DNA from: Klebsormidium nitens
Taxonomy: Eukaryota; Plantae; Klebsormidiophyceae
NCBI GenBank assembly: GCA_000708835.1
Contig: DF237420.1
Span: 9,662 to 73,661, forward strand
Length of the DNA: 64,000 bases
Reading direction: 5' to 3'
In this document: piece by piece, positions 27,601-39,400 of the stretch
Layout: each line of letters begins with the position of its first letter
How positions within the stretch are numbered: position 1 is the first letter of the stretch
Made by a program: the position numbers and the translations under genes
Notes under the pieces: model-generated
Told to the model about the DNA's origin: nothing
The model's input: the letters and a program-made list of their open reading frames with translations, nothing else
Databases searched by the model: none

Positions 27601-29034
27601 GAACGATCTACACCGTTATCGTCGTCCCTTGAAAATGGATCGCTTCTAGTTCCGTCCTGGACCTCAGGGGTTGCGTTCAGAGATCATCCATACTAAGGTG
27701 CTTTCATCAGCCACTTGCAAGCCATGAAGAGAAATTGAAAGCAAGTTTTTTATCTGCTTGCTCCGCCTTCCGTCAAGTTTCGTATATTCCGTCTATCATC
27801 GTTCGTCATCGTCTTCGTCGTTTCGGATTTTCCACTTGCATCCGCATAGTTTGTGCCAGGGCTTCAATTCGAACAGGAAGTCGCGAGCTACCCGCAAATA
27901 TTCTGACCGATTATCTTCTCTGCCCTCATCGCTAGAGTCGCCGGGACACGTCAATCCTCACCACTCTCACCGATGCTCCTCACTCTTCATGGGCTCTCGG
28001 CGCAATCTATCAGGCTGCCATTCGTCTCTCTGACTGTTTCGAAGCGCTATCGTTTCCGTTTCAACTCCAGTTTTTAGCAACCCTACTAGAGGTATCTCCG
28101 ATGAAGGTAGCCGTTTCCGGTTTTAGATCTTTTCTTACTCGTAAAGTCTCTCCGAACTTTCCCTAGGTTTGCGGGCCCGTACCTTCCCCTGGTTACGCTA
28201 ACCTACGGCTCCTCCGAAGCCTTCGTCGGCATCAATGTCGACCTCTCGAGTCCCGACCCCAGCACTGCCCGGTACACCGTTCTCCCGAGGGAGGCCTTCT
28301 GGGAATTCATCCCGGTGGAAGCGACCGGTAGCGAATCCCCGACCACTCTCGGCCTTCACGAGCTCGAAGTCGGCCGCTGCTACGAAGTGGTACTCACCAA
28401 CTACGGCGGTCTGTACCGGTACCGACTGGAGGACATCGTCAAAGTGGAGGCGCACTTACACTCCCTGCCGCAGATCAGCTTCCAGTACCGCCGGGGCGTG
28501 CTCGCGATCCAGGGCGCGAGCGAGCACGTGACCGAGCGCGACCTCGCGGCCGCGGTCGCGGACGCGGCCGCGGCGCTCGCGCCACGCGCGCTGCGCCTGG
28601 TCGAGTACACGACCGCGATCGACATGGAGTGCCGGCCGCCGCGGTACACCGTCTTCTGGGAGGTAGAACCTCTACCGGGAAACGCGGCGGGAAGGGTTGA
28701 GCTCCCTGCGGAGAACCAGGAAGAGGCATCGGCCTCGCTCGACGTTGCGGAGTTGGCAGATGCGCTCGACAGAGCCGTTCAGGCGCAGAACGCGTCGTAC
28801 GACATGTCCCGCTCGGTGAAGAAGGAGCTGTCGAAGCTGGAGCTGTGTGTCGTCCGGGCGGGAACATTCGACGAGCTGTTTCGATACAAGGTGGCCCAGG
28901 GGGCGCACGCCGGGCAGTACAAAGTGCCCCGGTGCCTCAAAACGGAGGACGTGCTTGGGATATTCCGGCGGAACGTTCAGCGGAGCTCCGCTCCGGACAG
29001 CCAGTGGGTGACCGGGGGGCAAGGCGGGAGTTGA
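24691..29034 (+). CDS. GH3: GH3-family acyl-acid amido synthetase, about 637 aa, 5 exons
   Basis: Exons 24691-24914, 25453-25617, 26044-26142, 26943-27500, 28167-29034, 1914 nt in frame. Motifs VQRRVL.AIL..N.NTEYLR, LTSGSTDSRKLIP, AYCHMLCAL, WPKVK..ECILTG.MAPY, YGSSE, YEVVLTNYGGLYRYRLEDIVKV, GQYKVPRC. Confidence 0.94.
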
Positions 29035-30138
29035 GTACAGCCAGCTTGTAATATTCGTTCCTCACGGGAATACAGAAGCGTCGTGTGCTTGCAGACTACG
29101 AAACTGTCCCGTTCAGAGTTACGTAGCGCGCCGTAGTGCCCCGAGTGTCGCGTTAACGAGAACGTACTAGCTACATTTCTCACGACGTCAGAAGATGCAG
29201 CATGACTGTCGGTTAGGTGGGTGTGTGTCACTCGTACGCTTTTGGAAGCTTAGGGAATCGTCAGAAACCACTTTTTTTGCTTCACGTCAATCGCACAGTC
29301 GACCTCAGCTTGAAATTGAGGTTGAGAACTTGCTTAGGCACGGCATGTGAGTGGTATCTCATCTGGTCGAAAAACAGATTCTCATACAGAGTCACGGACT
29401 GTCGTTACACGGCTCCAAACTTCAGGATGCCGGCATAGAGAGCATACTTTCTTCCGTAGTCATTGAAAATTCACATGCAGTTTTATGCATGCAGATTAAG
29501 CTTTGAATATTTTCGCGGTAGTTCTAGTACTTATCACGTAATTCTACTCGTCTGTTCACTGTGCAATTCTCATCTTACATATCCGACTGTTTGAAAGGCC
29601 AATCATGACCATGTCTCCCTTGGATATGCGGCAAAAGAAGAGGCCCTTCAGTGCTCGAGTATATGAAACAAGATTCTCAAAACATGAATCGCGAACTGCA
29701 ATCTGAACACCAGCTCAAATATTTTTCGAGGCAGCGCTGCCTGTCCGCCCCTTCTCCGGAGCGACGCGCCTGTATGTCACTGGCACTCCCGCGAACCGGC
29801 CACTTGACTCGGTCATTTGTCAAAGAACGAGTCGTATGAGATTTGAGTTGCAAGTCCAAACGGGCTGCGGGGCAAGTCATGCAACCACGCACCACTATAT
29901 TGCATGTTTCGCGACTCAGGTCTGTGTGTCTGCCAGTGGTGTCTATTGAGGTTATAACGGATTCGCAAAGCCCGATGTGCGTTTCGAACTGCAAAGCGTC
30001 CTTAGCACAAAGATCGAGTCCGTCCTGAGATGTTTTTCCTTCCTTGGAATCGGGTTAACTAACACCTCCTGATGGCCGGAGGGCGATCGCCTTAGCTACA
30101 TCAGGATCGCATCTCAGCCCGTGTTTGTGCGCCACGTG

Positions 30139-33100
30139 TCACATGGCCTTCTTCTTCTGTCCAACGGTGGGAGGCGCTTTGGCGGCAGACTTTTCGGCGC
30201 CCTTCAGAACGTCGGCAGGACGAGGGATCCCCCTGAAAGCTCAAACAAATCAAAAGCGTTAGCACGCTAACCAGCGTGCAACCGGGCCGGGTTGGGCGCC
30301 TACCTCCATCTGCCTTGAAAGATAAACGGCAGAACCGGAAATTAAGGCAGGGTCCTAAGGTTCAACCTGAAGGCTTATTCGAGAAAAATTCAGAACCGTT
30401 CTGCGTTTCATGTCTGTAGAAAGACACGCTCGTCGGCAGCTTCGAAAGGGAAAGGGATCCGATGTCATCCGCCAGGTCAGACGATCCACATCTTGCCCAG
30501 CAAGTAACCCCTTTTCTCGATGTTCGTCTCGACGCATCGTCTCGATTTGGAGCTGAACAAGAGAGGAAGAAAAGTGAGAACGACTTCTTACGTCACCACG
30601 TGGAAGACGTAGTCGATCGGGGCGGTGCAATCCAGGGGCAGTCCCGTGAACTCCGAAGCGAGCGCTTGGGCCACCTACATACGGAAGACGAAACCCTTCA
30701 AGAGATATGCATCTCTGATCTGGCAATTACAGCTCGTACGTATGGCGGTTTTAAGAACGCCGCTGATCTTCCGGTTCCATTAGCTCACTCCCAAAAAACC
30801 ATGGGTTAAGTCTCCCCGTTCACAACACGCAGATTGGTCTCGTGTCGCGGCTTGGGGCCAGCTTGATTATGATGGGCGTAAACAACTCCCTGTCCCACCG
30901 CCGTTACGCTGTTGACAATTACCCCTAGCTCGTCCTAAATCTCGTAACAGAGCAACAATCACGCGTTTGTGGGTTCTATGCAGTGCCTCAGAATCGCGAA
31001 CGTTCCTGGGCCCTTCTGAAACCATGTGAGTACAGTACGTTGAGGTGAGCCCTGCAACGACGACAACACGTGTTGGGCGGTGATGTCACAACCTGCTTAT
31101 TCTGGGGCCCCTTAACCTCGCATCCAAGATGTTCTTTTCGAAGGAGCTCTTAGAAGGGGAGAGCGTATGGTATATCGTCGACTTCCGCAAACTTCGCACC
31201 TAAGGACTTGCAGACTGGCCGTGCAACATCTTGGGTGCGAGTTCAAGGTTCCCGAAATCAATAAAAACCTTTCACCTCAAAGAAGCTCACCAGGAAAGTG
31301 ATGCCAAGGGCTTCGGCCACGTCTTGGGGCAGAATAGGGAGCCAGTGGACGGTCGAGAGGTACAGAAAGGCGATCACGAAAGACGACCACGTGTTCCTGT
31401 CAGAAAAAATCAGATTCCCTTTTTCGTGCGTCGGCCGCAGCGATTCAATAGAAGAAAAGCAATGGAACGTTTTCGGGACTGCCGGACTGATCGATAGGGA
31501 TTGCCGAAGTGATCCAAAAGTCGCTTCAGGAATCAGTCGAATTATGGCAACTACCTCATCTCGACCTGCTGGGTCCATTTGAGTAAGTAAGTTCCGCTCG
31601 TTGGAGAACTCTGGGGACTATACCCTCACGGTAGATCACCGCCTGCGACTTGCACTTCGAAGACAGAGCGGAACCCACACAGGAAGAAGCCGACGCTTGA
31701 TTCCTCTCGTATATTACGTTAGGTTTCTTCACGAGGGGCTGAATTCACATTCTGCCACTGAGTTTTCTTTCATCCGAAAACGGCCGTCGCAGATCGGAAG
31801 CTCCCAGGGGAAAGAATCGCGCAAACGCGCTGGCATTCCGCTTGCGCGTAATCCGGCTCTTTGCGAAATGCACGATGAACACGCTGCATCTGGGACCTAC
31901 GGCTGAATCGCAAACAGGTAGCGCCTGACGGCAGAGCTATCCTTCTTCTGGATGCGTCACGTGCGGAAAGCTCTTACCAGGTCGGATAGGAGAACTCCAT
32001 CGGCTTCCGTAAACCCATGTTATACAACACAATGTCCGTCAGATAAACGCCGCCGCAGCCCCCCAAAGTGCCCAGTAAGAGGGGCGAAACAACGACTCCT
32101 GGGGCGCAGACTTTGACGGCGTGAGTCACGCCGGCTGCGATCGTGTGCGCTTTCAGGACGGACGAAGCGACACGGCAAGCGGCCTGCAGAGAGAAGGGGG
32201 CGACTGGAGGATATGCTATCGTGAGGTTATCGCGGAAAGGACTTGAGTAGGTGTGAAGCCAAGTCAGGAGATGCGGTTGGTCCTCGGAGATCTGAGGACA
32301 TCAACTTAGGGCTTATTTCTCTCTTTCTTTTCTCTTTTAAGCTCTTTCTTTTTCCGTGGACGATACCAGCTGCATCGTAAGGGACTCAAGAACGGACAAA
32401 ATCCTCAGCGCTGGACAGAACCCGGAGTCGAAGTTCCTTTCTGGCTTACGTTTCCAAATTCTGGTTAGAAGGTTCGAACAGAATTGGGGAACGAAGCTCC
32501 AAGTTGATTTTTGAGTCAAAACTTTGACATTGAACGTTACCAAGCAGAGTCGGGTTCGGATAGGAACGGATCAGGCCAACAAGCGGCCGGAAGAGGAGAG
32601 AACGACAGGTTTGCCGCTCGAAAGCTGACTGGCTGCAACATAACTGGGCTGCTTGTTTTACATTAGGTTTTACAACCACACAATATCCTGCCAGGTTCTG
32701 CCTGTTCTTCGAAAGAAAGGTCCGTCTTAGCACGATTATAAATCATGACGAAACTCCTGACATACAGGACCGCCTTCTTGCAGGAGGCAGTATCTGTCGA
32801 GTCTCAGGCAGCCATCACTCGAAACGCGCCCTGTCTTAATATGGAAGAGCCCATTGACGTTCTCATGCAATCTCTGAGCTCAAAGGGCGTTTTAGAAAAA
32901 GACGTACCCTTGCTGGAAGGTTGTTGTAGAGCTTGAATACGAGGTCCCCAGGGCAGTATATCATTAGGTACCAGCAGACCGAGAATATAACCAGAATGAA
33001 GTCATATTGAAGCCATACTGGGAGCTCCGCCAGAAAGAGACTGGACAGAGTGCCCCCGCCAAAGCCGGCGCAGAATGCCATCCAATATCCGATGAGCCAG

Positions 33101-33802
33101 TACTGGTTGAAAGCCCCTCGGAAGAAGGAAGACACGAAGAGGGAGTGCATTGCGAGCATGTAGGGAAGGGGCACCCTGAAGAGAAGAAAGTTATGAGGTT
33201 GGTAAGAGCGGAATTCTTGGCCAAAGTTGATGGTACAATTAGTGAAGGTTTGGACAAGCTTGAGCAAAGCTAGCTGTGTCAAAAGGGTAAGCAAAATTCC
33301 TGAGTGTTGTCTGCAGGAAGCTCATTTTCCAATTTATGATTACTACCGGCGAAAAATACAGTGGTCTTCCAAAAGCTCACAAATTGGTCTGATTGCCAAC
33401 GTGATGCTATCAGGGTTTGGACTCAGCTTCAAACTTCAAAGCAATGAGTTGCAATTTCTTGAGCTCCAGAATTTTCCTGTTTATATGACCAATCTGCAGA
33501 GGTGAGTGGATACCCGTCCCGGCATCCTGCGCACCACTTTACCGCCCTCTTCAAGTATTCATCAAAAAACTCACCATCACCGCATCTGCAAAAACGCAAC
33601 CAATGAGCGCGCAACTCTAAACAGATAGTCGGCAGTGCAAAGATGCCAAGCGACTCTGCCCAATGCCAAGCACTCACATGCTGTATGATCGCCCAACTTT
33701 TCGAATCCCGTCATGATACGGCTCCAGGAGCTGCCTTGCTTGAGCTGCCAGCTCAGCGGTGGTGTTTGGATGCAGGAACGACCCGGTGAAAAGGGACGCC
33801 AT
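30139..33802 (-). CDS. TRIC/TMEM38-like trimeric intracellular cation channel, about 317 aa, 7 exons
   Basis: Exons 33802-33678, 33585-33514, 33175-32908, 32183-31978, 31396-31291, 30674-30592, 30232-30139, 954 nt in frame. Twin glycine-rich motifs AGFGGGTLSSLFLAE.P and LGTLGGCGG, plus WYL..YCPGD and I.AGV.HA. C-terminal KKKAM is a KKxx ER-retrieval signal. Confidence 0.8.
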
Positions 33803-35350
33803 GGAATGCCGCTATTGCAGTAAGTCGGTGCGATGAGTTTGTGTCAGTTAAACCGAGAGTAGACCCTCTTCTTGAGGAGGTTCTGATTGGAAGCTCGACT
33901 GTCTAAACCCTCCAACAAGAAGCTCGACGCACGCTCGACGATTCTAGGATAGGCTGAAAGAGATCCGCCTAATTAGAATCAGATGATTGCATATATGGAC
34001 ATCTCCACAACTCCGAAGATTGAAGGATGTGACTACCACTGGCAGTTTGCAAGGCACCTGAGTACGTACAAGTATGCTGACGGCATTGGACAAGTCTCTT
34101 CAAAGTTTCTCGGTGTTGACCGCAGCTGTGCAGGTTGACAGCAGCTCGCCATGCCAATACTCAGTATACGCATAGCGGCTAAGTTTCAGTTAGTGGACCT
34201 TCTCAGCACTCGGGTTGAAACCAGCTTCTCTTGCCCTTCCTACTTCAATCATCTAAGAGGCGCCATATAGATGACAGCGAGCTAGAGAGCGAAGTTCATC
34301 GGATGGCTATGCGTTGATGTATAGTGGCAGAAGTAGCTAGTCTGTTAGCACAGTGAACAGACAGACTGTAACTATGAGCCGCGCCGTGTATAAACTTCCT
34401 TCCAGGTCTAGATTGCTAGCTGCCGTGACTGTGTCTCCCTTCTGTCCCTTCTCCCTTGCCGAACTGCGAAGCCATCAAGCGCCAGCTAACTGCAGCAATC
34501 AGTGCCGCCCTGCGTGCCTCATGCAGTGGGGCCACCTTCAAGTTGGCAGTGGTTTATATCGTATGCGAATACACAGTACCCATTCACGGGGGCGATTCCG
34601 GTACGAAAATGAATGATTACACGGCCGGTACACAACCGGTCGGCGGATATCGTGAGGTCAGTGATGTACGGTATCCGACGTCACCAATGATTCAACCGTT
34701 TCCCCGTATGCCCACGTAGTTAATGCTGGTCGTGACCGGACGGACCGTTGTACCCAGATGCGCGCGGCTGGCCGCCCGCGCCGGCTGCTGAAGTTTACGA
34801 AAGTGTACCAGGTACACGTTACCCGAGCTCATGCTGTACAGCTTTAACCCTCTGTGGCAACCTCTAATACCTACCGGTAGTTGCTCGCAGTCAGTCCCAT
34901 CAACGTACCGTACCAGCGTTTAATTTCGTCAAATAATAAATACATATATGGCCTGACGAATTTCGCTGGAAAGTTTTCTGGGCGGTAATGGACCGATAAT
35001 GGTCTCCTTTGGCAGGTAACGCTAGGGATGCCGAAACCCGTAAACGTTTCATAATGAATTATGTGGCGTCGAACCTGACGAAATCAAACGCTGGTACGGT
35101 ACCTTAATCCCATGCAAAGCAAGGCAGCTCAGATTCGCTACATGACTGATGGCATCATGAGAGGCTAGCCGCTAGAGCTGAGGCTCCACTCAGAGCCGTC
35201 TTAGACTAATCAATCACTTGTATAGCCAGGCGCTGGTCTTTCTTTCACAATACCGGTAATTTCTCATTCGCTTTCCACGTATATACAAATCAGCAGTGTT
35301 CACCATGCAACCACTCCTAATTACAGGCCCGGGCTCTGTAGCAAAAGTTC

Positions 35351-35744
35351 CAGTGATCGTGGCGAAATTGTTTTCGGAAATGCGCAAACACTAATTGCTA
35401 AAGCGCAAATTCACCCTAATTGGCGAAATTGGCGAAATTCTCTGTATGCTTATGCGATTTCGGGCGCCCCAGCCTATGACTTGGTGCCAAAATGTGTGCT
35501 GGTCTGACGCTAACCCACCTATCAGCCGCCTCAAAGGTCGACTGCCCATACAAGGTCAGATGTAACTGCCATCTGAGCCCAGAATGTCATTGACACAGTT
35601 ATTTTACGCCCACGCGCCTATGCGCGGCCGCGCGGCCGCGCTTAATTTCGCCAACCTGCGCAAACTGCTCCGTTTGCGCGAATATGCGCAAGCTAATGCG
35701 CAAACCTAATTGGCGAAATCAATTAGGTTTCGCCACGAACACTG
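35351..35744. mobile_element. MITE-like element with 17-bp TIRs
   Basis: CAGTGATCGTGGCGAAA at the left end and TTTCGCCACGAACACTG at the right end (1 mismatch). Internal repeats of TGGCGAAA and GCGCAAA. No clean target-site duplication. Confidence 0.65.
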
Positions 35745-36404
35745 AGCAAAACTGTAGCAAGAAGCCTACTAAGAAAAGCAGTCTATGGACTATACGAGGC
35801 AGTCTTGACTAAGCCAGGATTGACCCGGAGTTGTATGAGCCACCAAAGCTCCGAGAGCTGGACGCAGTTTGTGGATCCAGCTTCCAAGCTTTGGTGCGGT
35901 GAACCGCAAAGAACTCCAGCGTCTTCATTGTATCTTCAGGCGGGCATGCACCAACACATATGCACCTAAGCTAAACGCCATTGGTTCTTCTACGCACCCG
36001 CGACAAACCAGGTGAGCTAAGCGCGTCCATTTGTCGAGTAGCGGGTGGAATCTGCTCTGACGCGCTGTTTCTCCAATCAGGGCGCACTTTAAGAGCTATC
36101 ATTCATAGCAATTCGTTCACATTTGGAAAGATTTGAGGATGAAAGAACGTCTAAAGGGTGGTGGATTCATATCTGGAGCTCCAGATATTCGTATCACTGT
36201 TTGGTGAGATCGCCACCCAGAAAGAACGTCCCACTAAACGACCATATGATGGGGCACGGAGCGCATCCATATTAGGATTGCCCTCTTCTGCTTGGCTGGT
36301 GTCAACTGGCTGAAACAGAAGATATCACTCGTAATCTGTCCATGAACAATGCCGGAGCTGCTTCCACCATGATTTCCCTGTTCAGGTTCCAAAGGCGGCG
36401 CAAG

Positions 36405-39400
36405 ATGGCTGGCTTCCGACCCAATGGGAGCTTGCCAGCTGTCACGTTGGCGGTGGCGCTAGTGCTGTGCGCCAATGGGCCAACTTGGGTTGCTTCGGCA
36501 AGCCCAGCAACCAAACATGTCGAAGAAGCCCAGAAGGTGAGTGGAAACATTTTGCCTGATTTTTGGTTGCTCACTTCAAAGTGACCGTTTAAAGTTGCTG
36601 CGTTATGCCTGACCCATCAGCTCAGCTGTCACGTTTGAATCATGCGCTCATCACGGAGGCTGGACCGTTAGTCAGAGGGAAGCTCATAAGCTTCGCAACC
36701 GGCCTACGTTTATGTTGAGGGTGACAAGCCAAGTCAGCTCAAATAGTAGAGGATATTGCATATAAAAGCAGCACGAGTTAAGGACACCTGGTTAGTCAAG
36801 CCAATAAGTTGTACTTGCCTTGCTTGCCCACCCTTAATTCAGTGGCCCAGCAGCGGTAGCGATCCGTGCTTTGATGTCCATGATCAGCCAGCCCAGTTTA
36901 GAGAGCCTGGCCAGAGTTCTACATTTTCAAAAGTCGGCCAACTCACTGGGAGATCATATCTGCCTTCATGGAGACTTCATCTTGCTCGATATGAACGATC
37001 CGAAGTGCCCACCGTATCTGCAGGACCTTACCGAGTGGATCTCGAAGCTGTGGCGAGAGTTGCACCAATATCCGGAGCTCGCATACCAGGTACGGTGGGC
37101 ATACCAGATCCGATCCACCTTCGATGCATTCGCACTTATGTTGCAGTTTCGAACATGAAAGTCGGAGCACTCTTGTAGGGGTTAAAGATGAACAGCATGG
37201 CGCAAATGCCTCTCTGCAACCTCATGCAGACCGTTTCCAGGCCTGTACAAGTGGGTAAACTCTTTTGCAGATTCTTCTGTTTGTTTTCGGGAAGTGGCTC
37301 TTTTCCTGGTTTCTTCGAACTCGTCTCCGGGTACGCGCCTATGACCACCCGCACGCGTATCCCCTGACTTAAGGATAAAGCTCGTTGTTTTAACTTGACT
37401 TAATGACAGCCCACACGATTTGTAGGAGGAAAAGACAAGCCGCCTCGTCCGCACAACTCTCGACTCTCTGGGCATCTCCTATACGTACCCTCTCGCCACC
37501 ACGGGGCTCGTCGCAACGATCGGACGGCCGGGAGGCCGCCACGTGGCAGTCCGCGCTGACATGGACGGTCTGGCGATCACCGAAGCGACGGATCTGCCGC
37601 ACAAGAGCAAAGTCGAGGGAAAGATGCATGGATGCGGGCACGACGCGCATACTGCTATGGTGCTGGGAGCTGCCAAGCTGCTCAAAGCAAAGGAAGCGGA
37701 GCTCCAGGGGCAGGTGTGGCTGGGTCAATCTCGATTATAGTATATACTCCCTTTCTAGTTCTATTTCCATGCTCTGCTCTTCTGTTTCTCAGACTAGTGC
37801 TTCAAAGGCTGTCTTGATCTGCGCTTTCGCAATTCCAGACGCATGCTAAATCTTTGCTCGGAGGAAATGCTGAAGCGCAGAGACAAAACGAGTCTTGCAG
37901 ACAATACAAGGGCCATTCGCTATGCCACGACTAGAAGTGCCTCGAACTTCCAGGTTCGGGGATACGGTCCTGCATTTGATTTGCAGAAGTGCGTTCGCAT
38001 GGATACCGGACGGCATGGGAGCAGCCAAGGTGTATAAGCTCAAACCGGAGCCCGAGAATAATCTCACCTCTTTCGGCCTGACGCTAGGCGCTTTGATTGC
38101 AGACCAGCACCATACCGCTTCTGCGAAACTCAATCTAGGGTCCTTGAAGTCTCGGACGAATAAATGCGACCAATTTTCGTCGATCCAGCTCTTGCTCTCA
38201 GGTTTTTACCTGAGGATGACGTCAAGCTCCAAAAGAAGTGAGCAAACAAGGAAAAAAGAGCAACGCACTCCGAATTCTCTCTTCGATCAGGTGAGCTTCG
38301 TTTTCCAACCGGCGGAAGAGGCGGGCGCCGGTGCGTACCGCATGCTTGAGGACGGGCTCTTCAAAAACGACCACGTGGATGCCATCTTCGGCCTCCACGT
38401 GGACCCTTACATGTTCACCGGGCAGGCCTCGGTGTATGCGGGCACGGTTCTAGCAAGCGCAGGCAAGATTACAGATTCTTTGGATTTTTGATATGTCGGA
38501 CTTCGCGTTCGTTTTTCCCGGAATCATGCTTCTATCTCTGGAACTTTGCTTTGCGGGAATCATGCATGGTCTCGATTAGGTCTGGCTTGCGTATCTCCGC
38601 GTTGGCCTCAGGAGATGGTGGATCAATTAACACCCTCGTCCAGCGCATGAAGATTTAGCTGCTAAGAGCTATTTTACGTCCACAGATTTCAAAGGTCCGG
38701 AGACGTTCAAGGTTCAAGATTTCTCGCGCGTCTCTTCCAGTAGACGCCAATTGAATTGCACTTCATTCGTCAGCTATCACTTCTACCTGGCTAAGGTTCC
38801 AACCTCGCATCTAGTCATTTCTTGGACCTTGAGAGCAAATGAAGGTATTACTTAGGGGGTAATCAGGACTATTCGGAGGCGGCATGAGAAACATCATGAA
38901 GAGCCCGCCACCTTGGAAAGAGTGGGGTCATTTGGGGGGTTAGGGTGTGCTAGTACGAATGTTGAAAGGTTGAGTTGGGTTTGTAGTGTTCCAAAAGTCC
39001 TATCATACCTGAAGCTTACCATTCCTGAAGCTTATTAGTCCTCCTCATCATTGACGCAGGCACGTTTAAAGTGACGCTGACGGCAACCGGCGGCCACGGT
39101 GCGTGGCCGCATCTGACAGCAGACACAGTCGTAGCCGGGGCGTCGATTGTTCTCATGTGAGCCACGTGTAGAGAGCAGGAATGAGCTGGAAACGTGCTCG
39201 TAGATTTTTGATTTCTATTTCAAAGAGGGCGTCTAACCTTGAGGTTCCGCGGCGGGTTTTCGCAGAGAATCCTGTCCTTGTGTCGCCAAGAAATCAAGCG
39301 CGTGATACGGGGTTTAGCGACCCGGACGGGCATACGGACTTTATGGTCGCAGGAGTCAGAGTACGACGCCCCCATAAAGAACCTCGCGCTCGCTCACTCA

